From Styela clava (Eukaryota), in assembly GCF_964204865.1 (NCBI RefSeq), contig NC_135263.1:16616001-16680000 (forward strand): a stretch of DNA of 64,000 nucleotides, read 5' to 3'. The notes beneath the pieces were generated by a model. It saw only the letters and a list, made by a program, of their open reading frames with translations. It searched no databases and was not told where the DNA came from. A program made the position numbers and the translations under genes. Below, in pieces: positions 40,015 through 53,888 of this stretch (within the stretch, counting starts at the first letter, position 1; the number at the start of each line of letters is the position of its first letter).

Positions 40015-43000
40015 TCATAGGTTATCCAACAATTTAGTAACCAAATAATCTTTTCCTTTCTTTTTCAGGACGGCTTGAATCTGAACCATTTTGTCTCGGT
40101 TTTCTTTGGCCTTATTCGGATCAAGTTTAGCTATGAGGTAGCGTAATACAGCATCACTGTTGGTATTTTTGTTTTCGAGGAGAGATTCGAGTAATTTTAC
40201 GATTTCAGGTCTTTTTTGAGGATCCATGCCCGACAAAATTGAGAGAAGTGAATCAACAAAATAACACGCCTTTTCTGGCTTGCTAGTTGCCAACGATTCA
40301 ATTTTTTTCAAATAGGTTTTCACAACATCCTCTTTTTTGAATTTATCTTTTTTCTTTAGTGATGTGATAAGTGCGCTAATAAACGAGCGGCACTCTCCAA
40401 CAACGCTTTTTTTGATCATTTCTAGCGCTCGAAGAGAACATGCCAATTCTGCTGGGTCAGTTTTACCGAGTAGATACAATATTATTGCTCGACTGATCGG
40501 ATTTCTTCTTATCAACTTCTTTTTCAGTAACTCCTTTAACTTAGCACTCAGACCGTCTGGTTTAAAAGCTTTCAATAGTTCTCCCATGTATATTACTAAG
40601 TCTTTTGAACATGACCAACCAATTGAAGTTTTGATTCGAACAATGATTTCCATTTCACTTTCGATTGCTTCTGCCAATTTATCGTTTGCTTGACCTCCTG
40701 TAAACAATGACCATTGATGCAATAATTATAAATCAATACTTTTAAATATTAAATAATAATATAAACATGTATTCCTAATCAATTCGTGTGTTTTTATATA
40801 TAATGTTATTCAAATTGTATATTCTGCTACCTTGTTGTTGTTGTCCATTTCCGCCATTTTCTTTTTCTTGATAAAGAATTTGTAAGTCTTGGTCAATATC
40901 TTTTATAATATCACCCACAGGTCCATCCATAGCGTCAGCAAATATTGTTTGCATAAAATTAAATTGGTTATTAGCCCATGTTATATCACCCAATACGCCT
41001 ACGAAATAGGCGAGCATAGCTTTTTGCAACGGAACCGAACTTTGAAAGTATTGTTGCTGCAGCTGAGTTCCTAAAGTCCAAAGGTTTTTAGAATCGAGTA
41101 ATTTTGCAACATTGATGACGTGTTCCGAAGCGGAATCGGTTTCTTCCACAGAAATGTAATAAGTGACAATATCGTATTCAACTCTAAGTTCAGCAGGAAG
41201 ATTTCCCTTCGATTCTGCAAATTTTCCACTGTTAATCGCAAGTTCTGTTGAAGATTAAGAATATATTTTATGACTCAATTGTCAAAAAAGGAAGCATAAA
41301 CTTTTGCTTGACGAGTTGAACAAAACATAATTCTCACTATTGAAGGTGAGTGCTCAAATGTACATGGTCGTTACAGTAAATTTCAGACAGGAATTACTAT
41401 AGTCTGACGTAAAATAGATATTGTAACACTGAAAGCTGAGGGCCTGACCCTAATTACCATCAGCTGAAGATCATGTTACTAAATGTTAGTTCAGTCCTAA
41501 TCAGTCTTAAGCCCTCCAATCATCTTTATTTTATGTCATTACGTCAATAACGTTAGAAAATATGACTTGATTGGAAGAGCCTTGTGTAGCTAGCTAAACA
41601 TCAAACCTGCTACCGATATGGTGACCCAATATTACTCAGTAGAGAAGCCCACTTTAAGAACAATTGGAACGTATATCCTCACTTCAGACTATTCTAGTAA
41701 CTTTGAGATACGCGTCATTCAGCTATTTTCTGAATATAAAGACTATAATATATACAACGGTGGGGTGGGAATTTCAAAATGGGCAAATTTATGTACCTGC
41801 AACGTATGTATTCAGGACAAAAATTTGACCGCGTAAACGATATTGCTGATAAACAAAATGGGGACGTCTTAGACAGGGGATATTGAAATCCATGCAAATG
41901 TTTTCTATTATTCAAGTAATTGGCGGTACGGTACCACCGCATGCGATTATTTTATTGTTATTTTGTTCAACTTACCTCCATCCAAATATGAATTAGGTTC
42001 AGGTTGGCAATACTGAAATACAAAATAGCAAATTATAATAAAGTGTAAAAATGATTTGTTCATCGTAAACTATTAGGCTTCCAAACTCAACCTTTTAAAT
42101 AAACCGAACATAACAGAGCTTACGTTGGTTATAGATCGGTCTCAAGCATCGATCATTGAAGTCTTGGGCTTATAAATTTATATATCTAGATTGTATCATT
42201 ACCTATTATATCAAAGCGGGACAGCGAAATAAATAGGCAAATTGTGTTCAAATAAATTGAATTCGCAGCTATTAATACTAATCAAAAGCCTAGTTTCTTG
42301 CTTGTAGATAAAAAATGACCTTTTCACGAGAACCATGTGTCATATGCTATATAAACTAAAAACACGCATCTTGGCACTAAAACACATCATCGCCGAAGGC
42401 AAAAAACGCATCTAATCTCTCGATTTTATATAAGTTTTTAACGCCAAATTCCTATTAAATTAAGTGTAACATTTTTGGCTTGAAAATCTATCATTCTTTT
42501 TTACTCTCGCACACTCTTATTCAATGTAACGCTGATATAAAGATAAAGATTATACAACCCAATCTCTGAAACTGTTGCAAAGATTAAGCTTTACAACAAA
42601 GCATTTGCACAGCTTAAATCAATCGTCGAAGATATATTATTTTATAGACTGTTGCCATGACTAGGCTGTTTTCTTGTTAATATTAGGCCTGAGAATTAGA
42701 GAATCAAAATGACACAATTTATACTATTTAATGTTAATTTAGCGTTATATATATATGGATCTGTAACTTTGTTAAAACAACCAAATAATTTTTAAATATA
42801 AATGATTTTATGCATAATAAATCTACTTACAGAGTCACACTCCCACTGCTGTTTTATGCAAAAGCAAACGGGTTCACCGGATTCCGGTCGACAGAACGAG
42901 GATTGATGACAATTAATGCCACTACAGGGGTCAGCATCTAAATGTAAGAATTTGATTGAATGTGGAAACAAGATCTTAAATTGTTAGATTCTAATACACA

Positions 43001-46000
43001 ACAAATTTCTTTATTTAAGTGATTCGATGAGTATATGAATATGATTCAAAAAAAAAAAAAGAATTCCAGGTGTTTGTGCATGCTGTTAGACAAAAAGCCG
43101 TAACTCCAATAATAGTTCGGTCTGCGATTATATATATATATGGGATTCGAGTGATGCAATATTTCGGATTGACGTCGCAGTTTTGTCATATGTTTTAGTG
43201 CCAGTATCTATCACCTTTAACGAATAATGCCGAAATATATGAACCCTTAAGTCGAATACTAATTTTGCCACGAAAATGCCAGTAAAATTGTAGCTAATTG
43301 TAAAAAAATGTACCGAATGTCATAAATAATTATTGAATATCATATGAAGGTGTGCCTGCGAATTATAAAAATACAGCAAAATTTGGGAGAAAATATAGAT
43401 CGAGTCGAACTGGGAAAATGTTCAAGAATAGAATGAAAGCTTTCTAATCTTTTAGCATTCTGGGACATCTTCCATATTATAGTACTGAAAATTGCCATCG
43501 ACCGGTCCATTGGTTGCGAAGTAAAGCGATATTGTCATAATAACAATAACAAGAAAAAAAAGAATTTTGCAAAAAAAATGTGCTTAGTGTCTAACAACGG
43601 TCGAAATATTGGAATATCGATTAATCTTGTCAAAATCGGATCGGTATTGTTCAAAATATGTTAACCATTTTGGTCATTTGGTATAACAAACGAGGCCATT
43701 TGGAAATTGGGTTGAAATTGGCCATTTGGGATGCAGTCTGCATTTTCATGACAATTGTTGTTCTGACAGGGATCATATCCTGAATCAGCAATATAAAATT
43801 AGAAATACCATAGATTCGACAGGCAAAAGTTAGGCTACGTAAAAGTGAGAGAATGATAGAAACGCACAGAATATAAAAAAGGAGAAAATTAAGAGAGAAA
43901 ATAAAAAAGTTCTCTTTTTTGTCATCATCCTACTGAACTTACCCGTACATCGATATCCGTTTCCATCGTACCCACTTTTACATCGACAAGTAAATTGAAA
44001 TTGGCCATTTGGGATGCAGTCTGCATTTTCATGGCAATTGTTGTTTTGGCAAGGATCATTTCCTCCACCTGCAACACATATAGCAATTAGTTTGGTATTT
44101 TAACAACTGTTGGCTGCAAACCTATTTTAACAAAAGACACCTGAAACTTGCACTTTAGGAACGATAATAAACGATTCCCATTTATTCTTCACAAATTTTC
44201 TAAATTACCAACAATTAGGGTTTCACAAGTGTGGACACTATGAATAAAATTACGGTAAAGATTGTTGAAATACATATCCGAATGGGATTTCAGCTATTTT
44301 TAGTATTCAAAACTCATGTAAAAGCTAAAAAGCGAACATTTCAAAGAGTAAAACGTAAAAGTCAATAAACCTATCAATAGTAACTTGAAGGGGCAAATGT
44401 TTTTTGGAATAATCTTCAGGAACACAGACATTTTTCTATCTTATTCCGCTGTAATATAACTTTTTATTAATTTGATTTGATATACTTATAAATTCTTGAA
44501 AGTGCATACTTTCACAGGTGGGTGCCGCCGGAATCCATTCCGGATTTTGTCCAAATCCAAAGCTGCTTTGACTGCAAGTTCTTTGTCTTGCTCCAACGAT
44601 GGAATAACCAATGAAACAATTGTAATATATGGTTGATCCGACAGGAAAGCTCGTTTGTGAAACACCAGAATGTGTACCGCCTTCGATGAAACCGGGCTTT
44701 TTGCAAGAAAACTGCGGTCTCTGTTGCCCAAAATCAGAGGGAAGAGATGGATTTATGCGGGCGCAAACGCTTTGATAGTCGTCGCAGCAACGAGAAGAGA
44801 ATTGATCACAGTCTGTACAAAGGCATGCCCCTTCATAGCTACCACATCGTCCTTTGCAAGAACCTGGAAATGATAAAATTAAGTCGGGTGATGTAATTTA
44901 TAGGGGTGAGATAATGAATAATAGCAACTATTTTTATCGTGATTATAACAGAAAACCAGATCAATTATAGCAACTAGCATAATGATTTGTCATATAATTC
45001 CTACATGAGGCAGACCCAACATGGTAGTGTCGGGACTTGTGAAATTGCTTGGAACAAAATTTATATATAAAATAATATGGAATAAGTACGAAAATTCATT
45101 ACCTCCGCAAGAGTCGCGTCCATCCCCTTCGTATCCATTCTTACATTGGCAGGAGAATCCAAATTGTCCGGTCGGAAAGCAATTGGCGTTTTCGTGGCAA
45201 TCGTTTTCTAGGCAAGGGTCCGTTGCTAGAGGAAATAAAATAGGTTTGGCAAGTTGAATGAGGCAAATTAGGAAAGAAAGGAAAAAGGTTTAAATGCAAC
45301 TATATTCATCAACCTACGTGTACATTCATATCCATTTCCATCATAATCACTTTTACATTGACAAGTAAATTGAAATTGTCCATTTGGGATGCAGTCCGCG
45401 TGTTCATGGCAATCGTTATTTTGGCAAGGATCGTTTTCTGTGCCTGCAAAGTTTACTGCGCCTGGAAAACATATTTGAATAATTAGTTAACTATCATAAT
45501 TTTATTTTGGCAATAAGTTTACCTTAAATTACCAGGTTAATGTAAAAATGAGCCATAATAAACCATGCATTGGCAAGAACCAAAATTTGCTAAAATACCA
45601 ACACCAGGTATTACCAGAAAACATAAATAATTAAGATGTTTTTGACATGAGATCCTTTTTGAATACAATTTCAGTTCTCGTCTTTGTTTTAATCGAAAAT
45701 CAAAATACACGTTGAATCCAAAGACAAACTATTCAACAAGTAACACATAAACTCCGACCTCCACAGTTGACTTGCTGTCCATTTACTTCATACCATTCTC
45801 TACAACCACAATAGGATGATTTGCATTCAGCATATGGATAAGCAGGGCAATTTGGTCGATAACATAAAGGTACAATCCCACAGTTCCTTGGTTCACACGG
45901 CTGCTCTGTCTGAGTGTAATCTGAAAAATTAATATATGTATACTAATATGAATTTTTATACTTACACGTTAGCAAGCTACAGGATTGTAACTCGGTGTTT

Positions 46001-49000
46001 AGGGTCGTATAGCAAACACTGATTACAAGTATACAAATACGGCCAACGAAATCGGCATATGAGCCAATCATGTAATATTCAGATATGGGATTAAATTTTA
46101 GGCATAGATAGACAATCTCTAACTGGGCAGTTAACCAAAGTAAAAAATAATTACGGTTCGGGTAACGCGTGTAGGATTCATACACAGCAAATTTAAAAGA
46201 ATCCCTTCAAAGACATTTTAAAAGTAACAGAAATCAGAGACTTTAATGTGCATCAATTACAATCGGATCTTTGTCAGAACGTAAACCTGGTAGTCTTTTA
46301 ACAACGGTAATATTATTCAGAGTTAGAACATATTTTCTATCCTTCAACTTTACCTCTGCACTGATATCCATTTCCTTCATACCCACGTTTACATCGGCAA
46401 GTAAATTGATATTGTCCATTGGGAATGCAGTCTGCATTTTCATGGCAATTGTTGATTTGACAAGGATCATTACCTGAACCAGCAAAATAAAATTCAATAA
46501 TTGGTTTGCATTTTTCTGCTAAGTATTAATGTATTGGGGGGAAAAACTGAAAGCTAGGTATTTGTTTTGACAAAAATGTTTTTTTTATTGATTTTAAAAA
46601 AGGAGTATGCAATGTCCATTTTTGTTACAATATGCCTTACAATACCCTCATTGTTAGTTTTCTATCACAATAAAGTATTACTCAGATAGCAACGCATGGA
46701 TGACTTGTTGAAGAAATAACATTGATTTGACAGGCAAAAGTTAGACTATGTGAAAGTGAGGGAGTGATAGAAACGCACAGAATATAGAAAAGAAGGCAAA
46801 TTAAGTGAGAAAAGATAATGTTCTTAATTTTTTCATCATCCTACTAAACCTACCCCTACATTGATATCCGTTTCCATCGTACCCACTTTTACATCGACAA
46901 GTAAATTGATATTGTCCATTGGGAATGCAGTCTGCATTTTCATGACAATTGTTGTTTTGACAAGGATCATAACCTAAATCAGCAATATAAAATTCAATAT
47001 CTAGTTTGCAATTTTCTACTTCTTGTTTATGGCAAATTAAGTGTCAAGTTGCATTAGGTGAGCGTTTTTAATATGCATATATGTTCATGGGAAGAAATAA
47101 TTTGAGATATAAGGAGTCTTGCGGGGTTGGAAATACGATCGATGATTATGGTGATTATCAATGTATTGGTAAGAAAAAACAACTGAGTCTAGGTATTTGT
47201 TTTTTCATAACTGTTGTTTTTTTTCGATTGGTTTACAAAAATGAATATGCAATATTCATATTTGATACAATATATCTCACAATACCATCATCGTTAGTTT
47301 TCTATCACAATAATATATTACTCAAATAGCAAGGCATGGATGACCTGTTAAGGAAATACCATTGATTAGACAGGCAAAAGTTAGACTACGTAAAAGTGAG
47401 AGAATGATAGAAACTCACAGAATATAGAAAAGGGGGCAAATTAAGTGAGAAAAGATAATGTTCTTAATTTTTTCATCGTCCTACTAAACCTACCCCTACA
47501 TTGATATCCGTTTCCATCGTACCCACTTTTACATCGGCAAGTAAATTGAAATTGGCCATTTGGGATGCAGTCTGCATTTTCATGACAATTGTTGTTCTGA
47601 CAGGGATCATATCCTGAATCAGCAATATAAAATTAGAAATACCATAGATTCGACAGGCAAAAGTTAGGCTACGTAAAAGTGAGAGAATGATAGAAACGCA
47701 CAGAATATAAAAAAGGAGAAAATTAAGAGAGAAAATAAAAAAGTTCTCTTTTTTGTCATCATCCTACTGAACTTACCCGTACATCGATATCCATTTCCAT
47801 CGTACCCACTTTTACATCGACAAGTAAATTGAAACTGGCCATTTGGGATGCAGTCTGCATTTTCATGGCAATTGTTGTTTTGGCAAGGATCATTTCCTCC
47901 ACCTGCAACACATATAGCAATTAGTTTGGTATTTTAACAACTGTTGGCTGCAAACCTATTTTAACAAAAGACACCTGAAACTTGCACTTTAGGAACGATA
48001 ATAAAAGATTCCCATTTATTCTTCAAAAATTTTCTAAATTACCAACAATTAGGGTTTCACAAGTGTGGACACTATGAATAAAATTACGGTAAAGATTGTT
48101 GAAATACATATCCGAATGGGATTTCAGCTATTTTTAGTAATCAAAACTCATGTAAAAGCTAAAAAGCGAACATTTCAAAGAGTAAAACGTAAATTCTGAC
48201 CTCCGCAGTTGACTCGTTGTCCATTTACTTCATACCATTCTCTACAATCGCAATAAGATGATTTACATTCAGCATATGGATAAGCTGGGCAATTTGACCG
48301 ATAACATAGAGGTACAATTCCACAATTCCTTGGTTCACACAGCTGTTCTGCTCAAGTGTAATCAGAAAAAAAATACGATGCTAGTTTTGGAATGCGAGAT
48401 CAGCAAGCTACGGAATATGGTGCCATAAAAAGGATTAATAAATACGAAACAATGTTTTGACACAATAAATGAGTCTTCCAGGTTTAGCCTACGCAATATA
48501 GGGTCGGTAACACCGATACTCATATGGACAAATACTATTTGCGAAAGACCAAGACCGACGTGTCAATTAAAAATAAAACAGAGCAGCTAGGAAATACGAA
48601 TAACGGATAAACCAAAATATCAAACTTTGTTTGTTTTGTTGTACAGTACTTGATATATGTCTAAATATTTGACATCTAAGTGTGTTTGATATAAGCAGCA
48701 GGTTTAAATTCTCTTTAAGTATATATGTCACGATAACAACTCCATACGACAGTTGTTATGTGAATAGCCGTAGCCAGTGGACAATCCACACATAATTCCA
48801 CACACACATGTTCCACACTTTTCAATAAATTTTTATACCAAAGCAATTGAGGATGTACCAGGCTTATGTCTTTTGAATTAGCTAATCAAATACCGTTATT
48901 GCAAGTCTTCTATCTCAGACGTTCTGCTTGTCTGTTCACGATAAACAAAAAAAGTTCTAGGACTACTCGGCTGTTGGCGATCCCGGAATTTACAAATATA

Positions 49001-50412
49001 TATATATTATATGACAAAACTGTAAATAATAAGAAATCTTACCGTTGCAATTAACAGACTGTCCATTTACTTCGTAATTTTCTGTACAGTCGCAATACGA
49101 CGGTTTACATACCGCATTTGGATATGCTGGACAATTAGGATTGTAACAGAGAGGTACAAATCCACAGTTGCGTGGATTACAGCCAACAGGTGTATCTTCA
49201 TGAATGTACAACAAAAATATTTCCTCGATTAGTAAAATGTAATGTAGGTGTTTGCATAATCAAATGTAATGGCATAACAAAAATGAAACTGGATTCACTG
49301 GGGCTGTTACTAAGTAACCAGATGCCGGCACAGATTGAAACGTCGTGTTCAAATCAGTTTAGACGTAATAATATACTAAGAGTTGGAAACGGCAGTATTA
49401 ATAAACTGAAGTATGGAATGCTTCAAGCGCAGCAAACAAGCGCAGTTAGGGATTTCTTATATTATAATAAGTATGAACTTATTATCCATATTTTGCAAAA
49501 TCGAATCGCAAAATCCTATTAGCAGCTATGAGAATGTGCATACTCGGTTGTCGTAACTATTGACGTCATCCGCATAGCATTGTAATAAAACAAGTAGGCT
49601 ACAACGTTACTTACTACTTTCGCAAGTAGGAGCTTTCGGTGTCCACTCAAGTCCTGGCGAACCACCAGATAATGGACCAAGGATATCGAAAGTGCATGTT
49701 CTTTTTGGTATTCCTTTCATAGTGTAACCGGAATCGCATGTATATGTGATGCTTGAATCCAGGGTATAAAACGTCCTGGTTCCTGAATGCCTTCCGTTAG
49801 ATATTGGGGCAGGGTTTGAACAAAAAATCTGAGAAGAGCCGGTATTTTGATTTTGATTATTGTCTGGAGATCCTATGGTAATAACACGAATATTACCGAC
49901 ATTTTGACCAGAAAGCAAGTCGCTCAAAGATGAAATCGTTCCTAAATTGTTATTCGTACAATACTCGTCGAAATCCTTACAGCAGAATGCACTTTTACAA
50001 TTCTTTATGCAAGCACAAGGGAGGCCCACTACACCACATCTTTTATTGCAGGAACCTAAAAAATAATTTACACGTGAATGTTTGAAGAGAAAAATTAGTT
50101 TTAATAAAACTAGACCAAAAATGTTCGTTTCATGACAATGTTACGGCAAGTATGGGAATCGATTTTTTTTCAAACCCCCGAGTTGGGAATCAGATAACAA
50201 ATTTTGTCAAATGGGTCTGAAGCATTTGTTTTTGATCTACTAAACAATGTTTGAACAATTCAAGACACTCATGCATGCAGACGAATGCAAAGTCGTATTG
50301 TTTCTTGAGACGTTCAGGTAGCATGTTATTCCTACTTACCAAATTCCGCTAAATTGAATTGGCCTTCACAAACACCACAAATGATTGCTACAACTACAAA
50401 AACGGTTTTCAT
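40015..50412 (-). CDS. Secreted mosaic protein (~18 exons): SP-SMB-Sushi-CysR-CysR-EGFx4-CysR-EGFx2-SMB-Sushi-EGF-(truncated EGF)-FOLN-like-helical C-terminal region
   Basis: ATG 50412 MKTVFVVVAIICGVCEG. SMB+Sushi exons at ~49615-50055 and ~44509-44863. 8-Cys repeat exons at ~49043, ~48201, ~45759. EGF exons DPCQNNNCHENADCIPNGQFQFTCRCKSGYDGNGY.C at ~47776, 47494, 46854, 46354, 45318, 45102, 43943. Small exons at ~42831-42937 and ~41976-42012. Terminal exons ~40831-41245 and 40015-40697. Splice phases are compatible. Confidence 0.75.
43712..44359. repeat. Near-identical copy of 47546-48193 (1.5 EGF exons plus introns)
   Basis: ~650 bp with about five substitutions seen by eye, introns included. 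Confidence 0.92.
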
Positions 50413-51511
50413 ATTTTCTGACGTGAAGTTATGATACTCGATGTGAATTAAGGATAGTCAAATCTTTCACCACTTCAGCTCTATCTAACATCTGATAAAA
50501 AAAAAATATACGAATATTGGACTTCTAGTAAATACCCTTAAATTAGGAATTTTTTTTATATTTATTACGATCTCGATTCTAGCCTAGTTAGCAATTAAAC
50601 AACATTATATAATTGCTCATGCTCGTAAAGATCAAACTATACGGTACAATGAATTTGCACTTTAGTTATTTTTATCTTTCATTTTTTTGCTGCTGCATCT
50701 CAAGTTATCATAATTTGAATTAGATTTAGCAAAGATAATCCAAGGTCGTAAAGACTTGTTGTTATATACCAACTGCTTTCTGCACCCGCGGCTATTTTAT
50801 AAAACGAAATTTTTTAGGTTTGCGGTAAACATTTAAGTCTAATTAGGTGAAAAATAGAGCCATTGAAATATCTTCAAACGATTAATACACTTTGTAGAAT
50901 TTTATAATATTTTGTGGCTTGTCGTTTGAAGCTTTTTCAGAGAGAAACGACATTGCGAATGGGATTTCTTTTACGCCATCATTCAATATGTAAAATTAGT
51001 TGACTGAACTAAGTCGAATGACACTGGACGACCATGTGCTTCCTCTCAAATAGGAAGGGTATTATTGTGTCACGTTTTCTGGTACTATGACATCTGATTA
51101 GACCCTTGAATTTTGTAACTTGTTTTTAAACTGATGTTATCACCGAGCAGACTGAAAAAGTGCACCTCGACAATTGCCTTGAGTGTAGTGCAACAATCAA
51201 TAACAATCCACCAATTGGATATGATATCATCGCCCAGGTATTATTGGACATGAAGGAGGCATATTCACATATCACCGTAGAGTTTAACGGCGTATAAGAA
51301 GGGCAACATTGTCAAGACTCTGCCTCGTGATGACCTCTCTGACCTCTGCCTACAACTTAAACTCTCCTTCCTTCTTCGAGTGTATGTTGACAAAAAGATG
51401 CAGAGAAAAAAAGTTGGTCACAATTTGCTTTTACCAACGTTATCTGAAATAAAACCCCAGATTTCAGGTCCAAGTTTTCTACACTGTATTATTTGAGCCT
51501 TCGGATAGGCC

Positions 51512-52557
51512 TAAGTGCTGAAATGTTCAACGGGTAAAAGAATCAAATGACATATTTTTCATGTGTTTCACAGTCTCACTAAAATGTTGGTTTAGATTTA
51601 GAAGTAATGATGAAATCTGAGTTTGTGCAAAAAGCAAAGTCAAACAACAAGCTCAAATGAAAAGCGTTCTATTTCTGTTGATGTTTCTAATTGTACATTC
51701 ACCTTCCCCTTCGCCACGCTAATTTCTATTAAGAACCTGGGAACAGGAAATATTCTTATCACATAGCAAGGCAGTGCAGGCTTTATTGATTTCCCACGTC
51801 TTTGAGACTTTCATTGGGTGCTCATCACGTATACCACGGGCAGGAATTACTGCTAAAAATGTGTACCACAGAATTTGAGTCAACTTCTAAAGGAATTACA
51901 TTGACGCTGACTGTTAAGTGGACTCTTGGAACGAGTTGTGGGTTTTGTGTACATGAGAAATCATGCTCACGAAAAAAAATTTAAAAAAAAAATTACCGCC
52001 TCATCAGTAACGTTTCTTCACCACTACTCATGACTTGAATCTCCTCCGCGGTCGCCGAATGTGAAGGACATGTGGGGTATAAACCCACAAACTAATCATG
52101 TATCCAAGAATTCATTCGAAAGCTCATAGATTATCCAACAATTTTGTAACCAAATAATCTTTTCCGAGCCTTTTCAAGATGACTTGAATCTGAATCAATA
52201 ATCTGAATAAACCTTCACAACATCCTCTTTGTAAAATTTTTCTCTTTTCTTCAGTGATGTGATAAGTGCGCCAACAAACGACCTGCATTCTCCTACAACG
52301 CTTTTTTTTTATCACCTCTAGCGCTCGAAAAAACATTTCAATTCTGCTGGGTCAGTTTTGCCGAGTAGATACAATATTATCGCTCGACTGATCGGATTTC
52401 TTCTTATCAACTTCTTTTTCAATAACTCCTTCAACTCAGCACTCAGACCCTCTGTTTTAAAAGCTTTCAATAGTCTTCACATGTATATTACCAAGTCTTT
52501 TGCACATGACCATCCAATTGAATTTTTGATTCCAACAATAACTTCCATTTCACTGAT
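51512..52557 (-). pseudogene. Decayed duplicate of the mosaic gene's last exon and downstream flank (copy of ~39050-40660)
   Basis: Same C-terminus GKDYLVTKLLDNL* with frameshifts and an internal deletion. 51512-52075 aligns with ~39050-39650. Confidence 0.88.
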
Positions 52558-53888
52558 CTTATGGTCGGTGTATTCCGCTGATTTTCAGACAGTTTTCAAT
52601 TGGGGTGGTACCCAAGCTCGGTCCGTGATTGGTTTCAGAAATCTGTACAATACCTTTTATCGGCTTCATAAACTTGGGCGTGTTTTGTTTTCTTTCACGA
52701 CTTCCTCAATCACATGCTTTTTAAATGCTGCCTTCATGCTGGTAATGGAGTCAAAATAGTCTGCCGATACAAACTTTTTTCAAACTCGACACGACAGTCA
52801 ATCGTTTTTTTAACTATCGTAGTCTATTTAGTTATCGAGCCCTACAAAAACAGTAAACACTCCAGTAATATATACGTCACACTATATGTATTTTTTCTGC
52901 GCTGGATTATATCATGCAAGACATTAGTGTGTTAGAGCGAAGCACTGATATAATGTTCAAAAAGGATAGACGGATTGTAATATACAAAGCAAATTTTTGT
53001 AATAGCGACCGATTGGACAAACGAAAATGGTAAAACTATGACATGGATGATGTAATGAAGCACGTTACAGACGATGACCATTAATTAATAAACAGAAATC
53101 ACACCAAATACAACACAAAAGATAGAAAAACATGTCATGAAATGAGAAAGATGATTTTTTTATCAAATTTATTATTATGACGTCACATTACAATTTTTGT
53201 TACGAGAAATGAGTGATTTTTCATCAAGATAGATAATTAAATGTACTATTTTTGATCACAAAAGCAGGAAAAAGTATACTTATTTTCCTATTATATTATG
53301 TATAGGTTAACCAATTTCAAAAAATTCACTTGATTCGCAAAATATATAAATATATACAAATATAAACTCTCAGCCATATATTTTTCCAATATATTGTAGC
53401 GCTGTATATTTGGGAACATAAAATTGATTTGCGTGTTCTGGGATCGAAAAAGTCAACTGACAAAAAAAGGTTGATAAATTTAGAAATATCATATTAGCTC
53501 AGCAAGTGGATATATTTAAAACTGACAGAGAATAATTTTCTAATTCGCCAAGAGTAGGTGGTTCCCAAATATTTCAGGATGACTGGGAACGGAATACCGA
53601 ATGGGCGTTTACCAATTTAGTTTCATACAAAACTTTTTTATTGTAAGCTGCCCACAAACCTTAAAGGTCTGAAAATATCAAAATGATTCTAAGTTCTAGA
53701 GTTGTAAAATCTTTTATTGTGCAAAGACACCAAACAGCATATACCACCTCACTTTATGTAATGATCATGTGTTGCCAAGCATGATTCATTACAGAGAAAA
53801 GACACATAATCGGGCGTGATCTGACGATAAAAGTCTAGACCAATAGCTAGCCATAAAGAAAATTGGGAAAATTCCTTAATGTAATGTT

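Noticed and set aside
40337-40693. Plus-strand ORFs 40337-40693 and 52358-52759, which resemble each other
   Set aside because: They are antisense shadows of the minus-strand exon and its pseudogene copy.
40015-50412. Identification as a known ascidian recognition protein (VC70, fester, FuHC)
   Set aside because: No ZP domain, TM segments or Ig domains seen, and the architecture differs.
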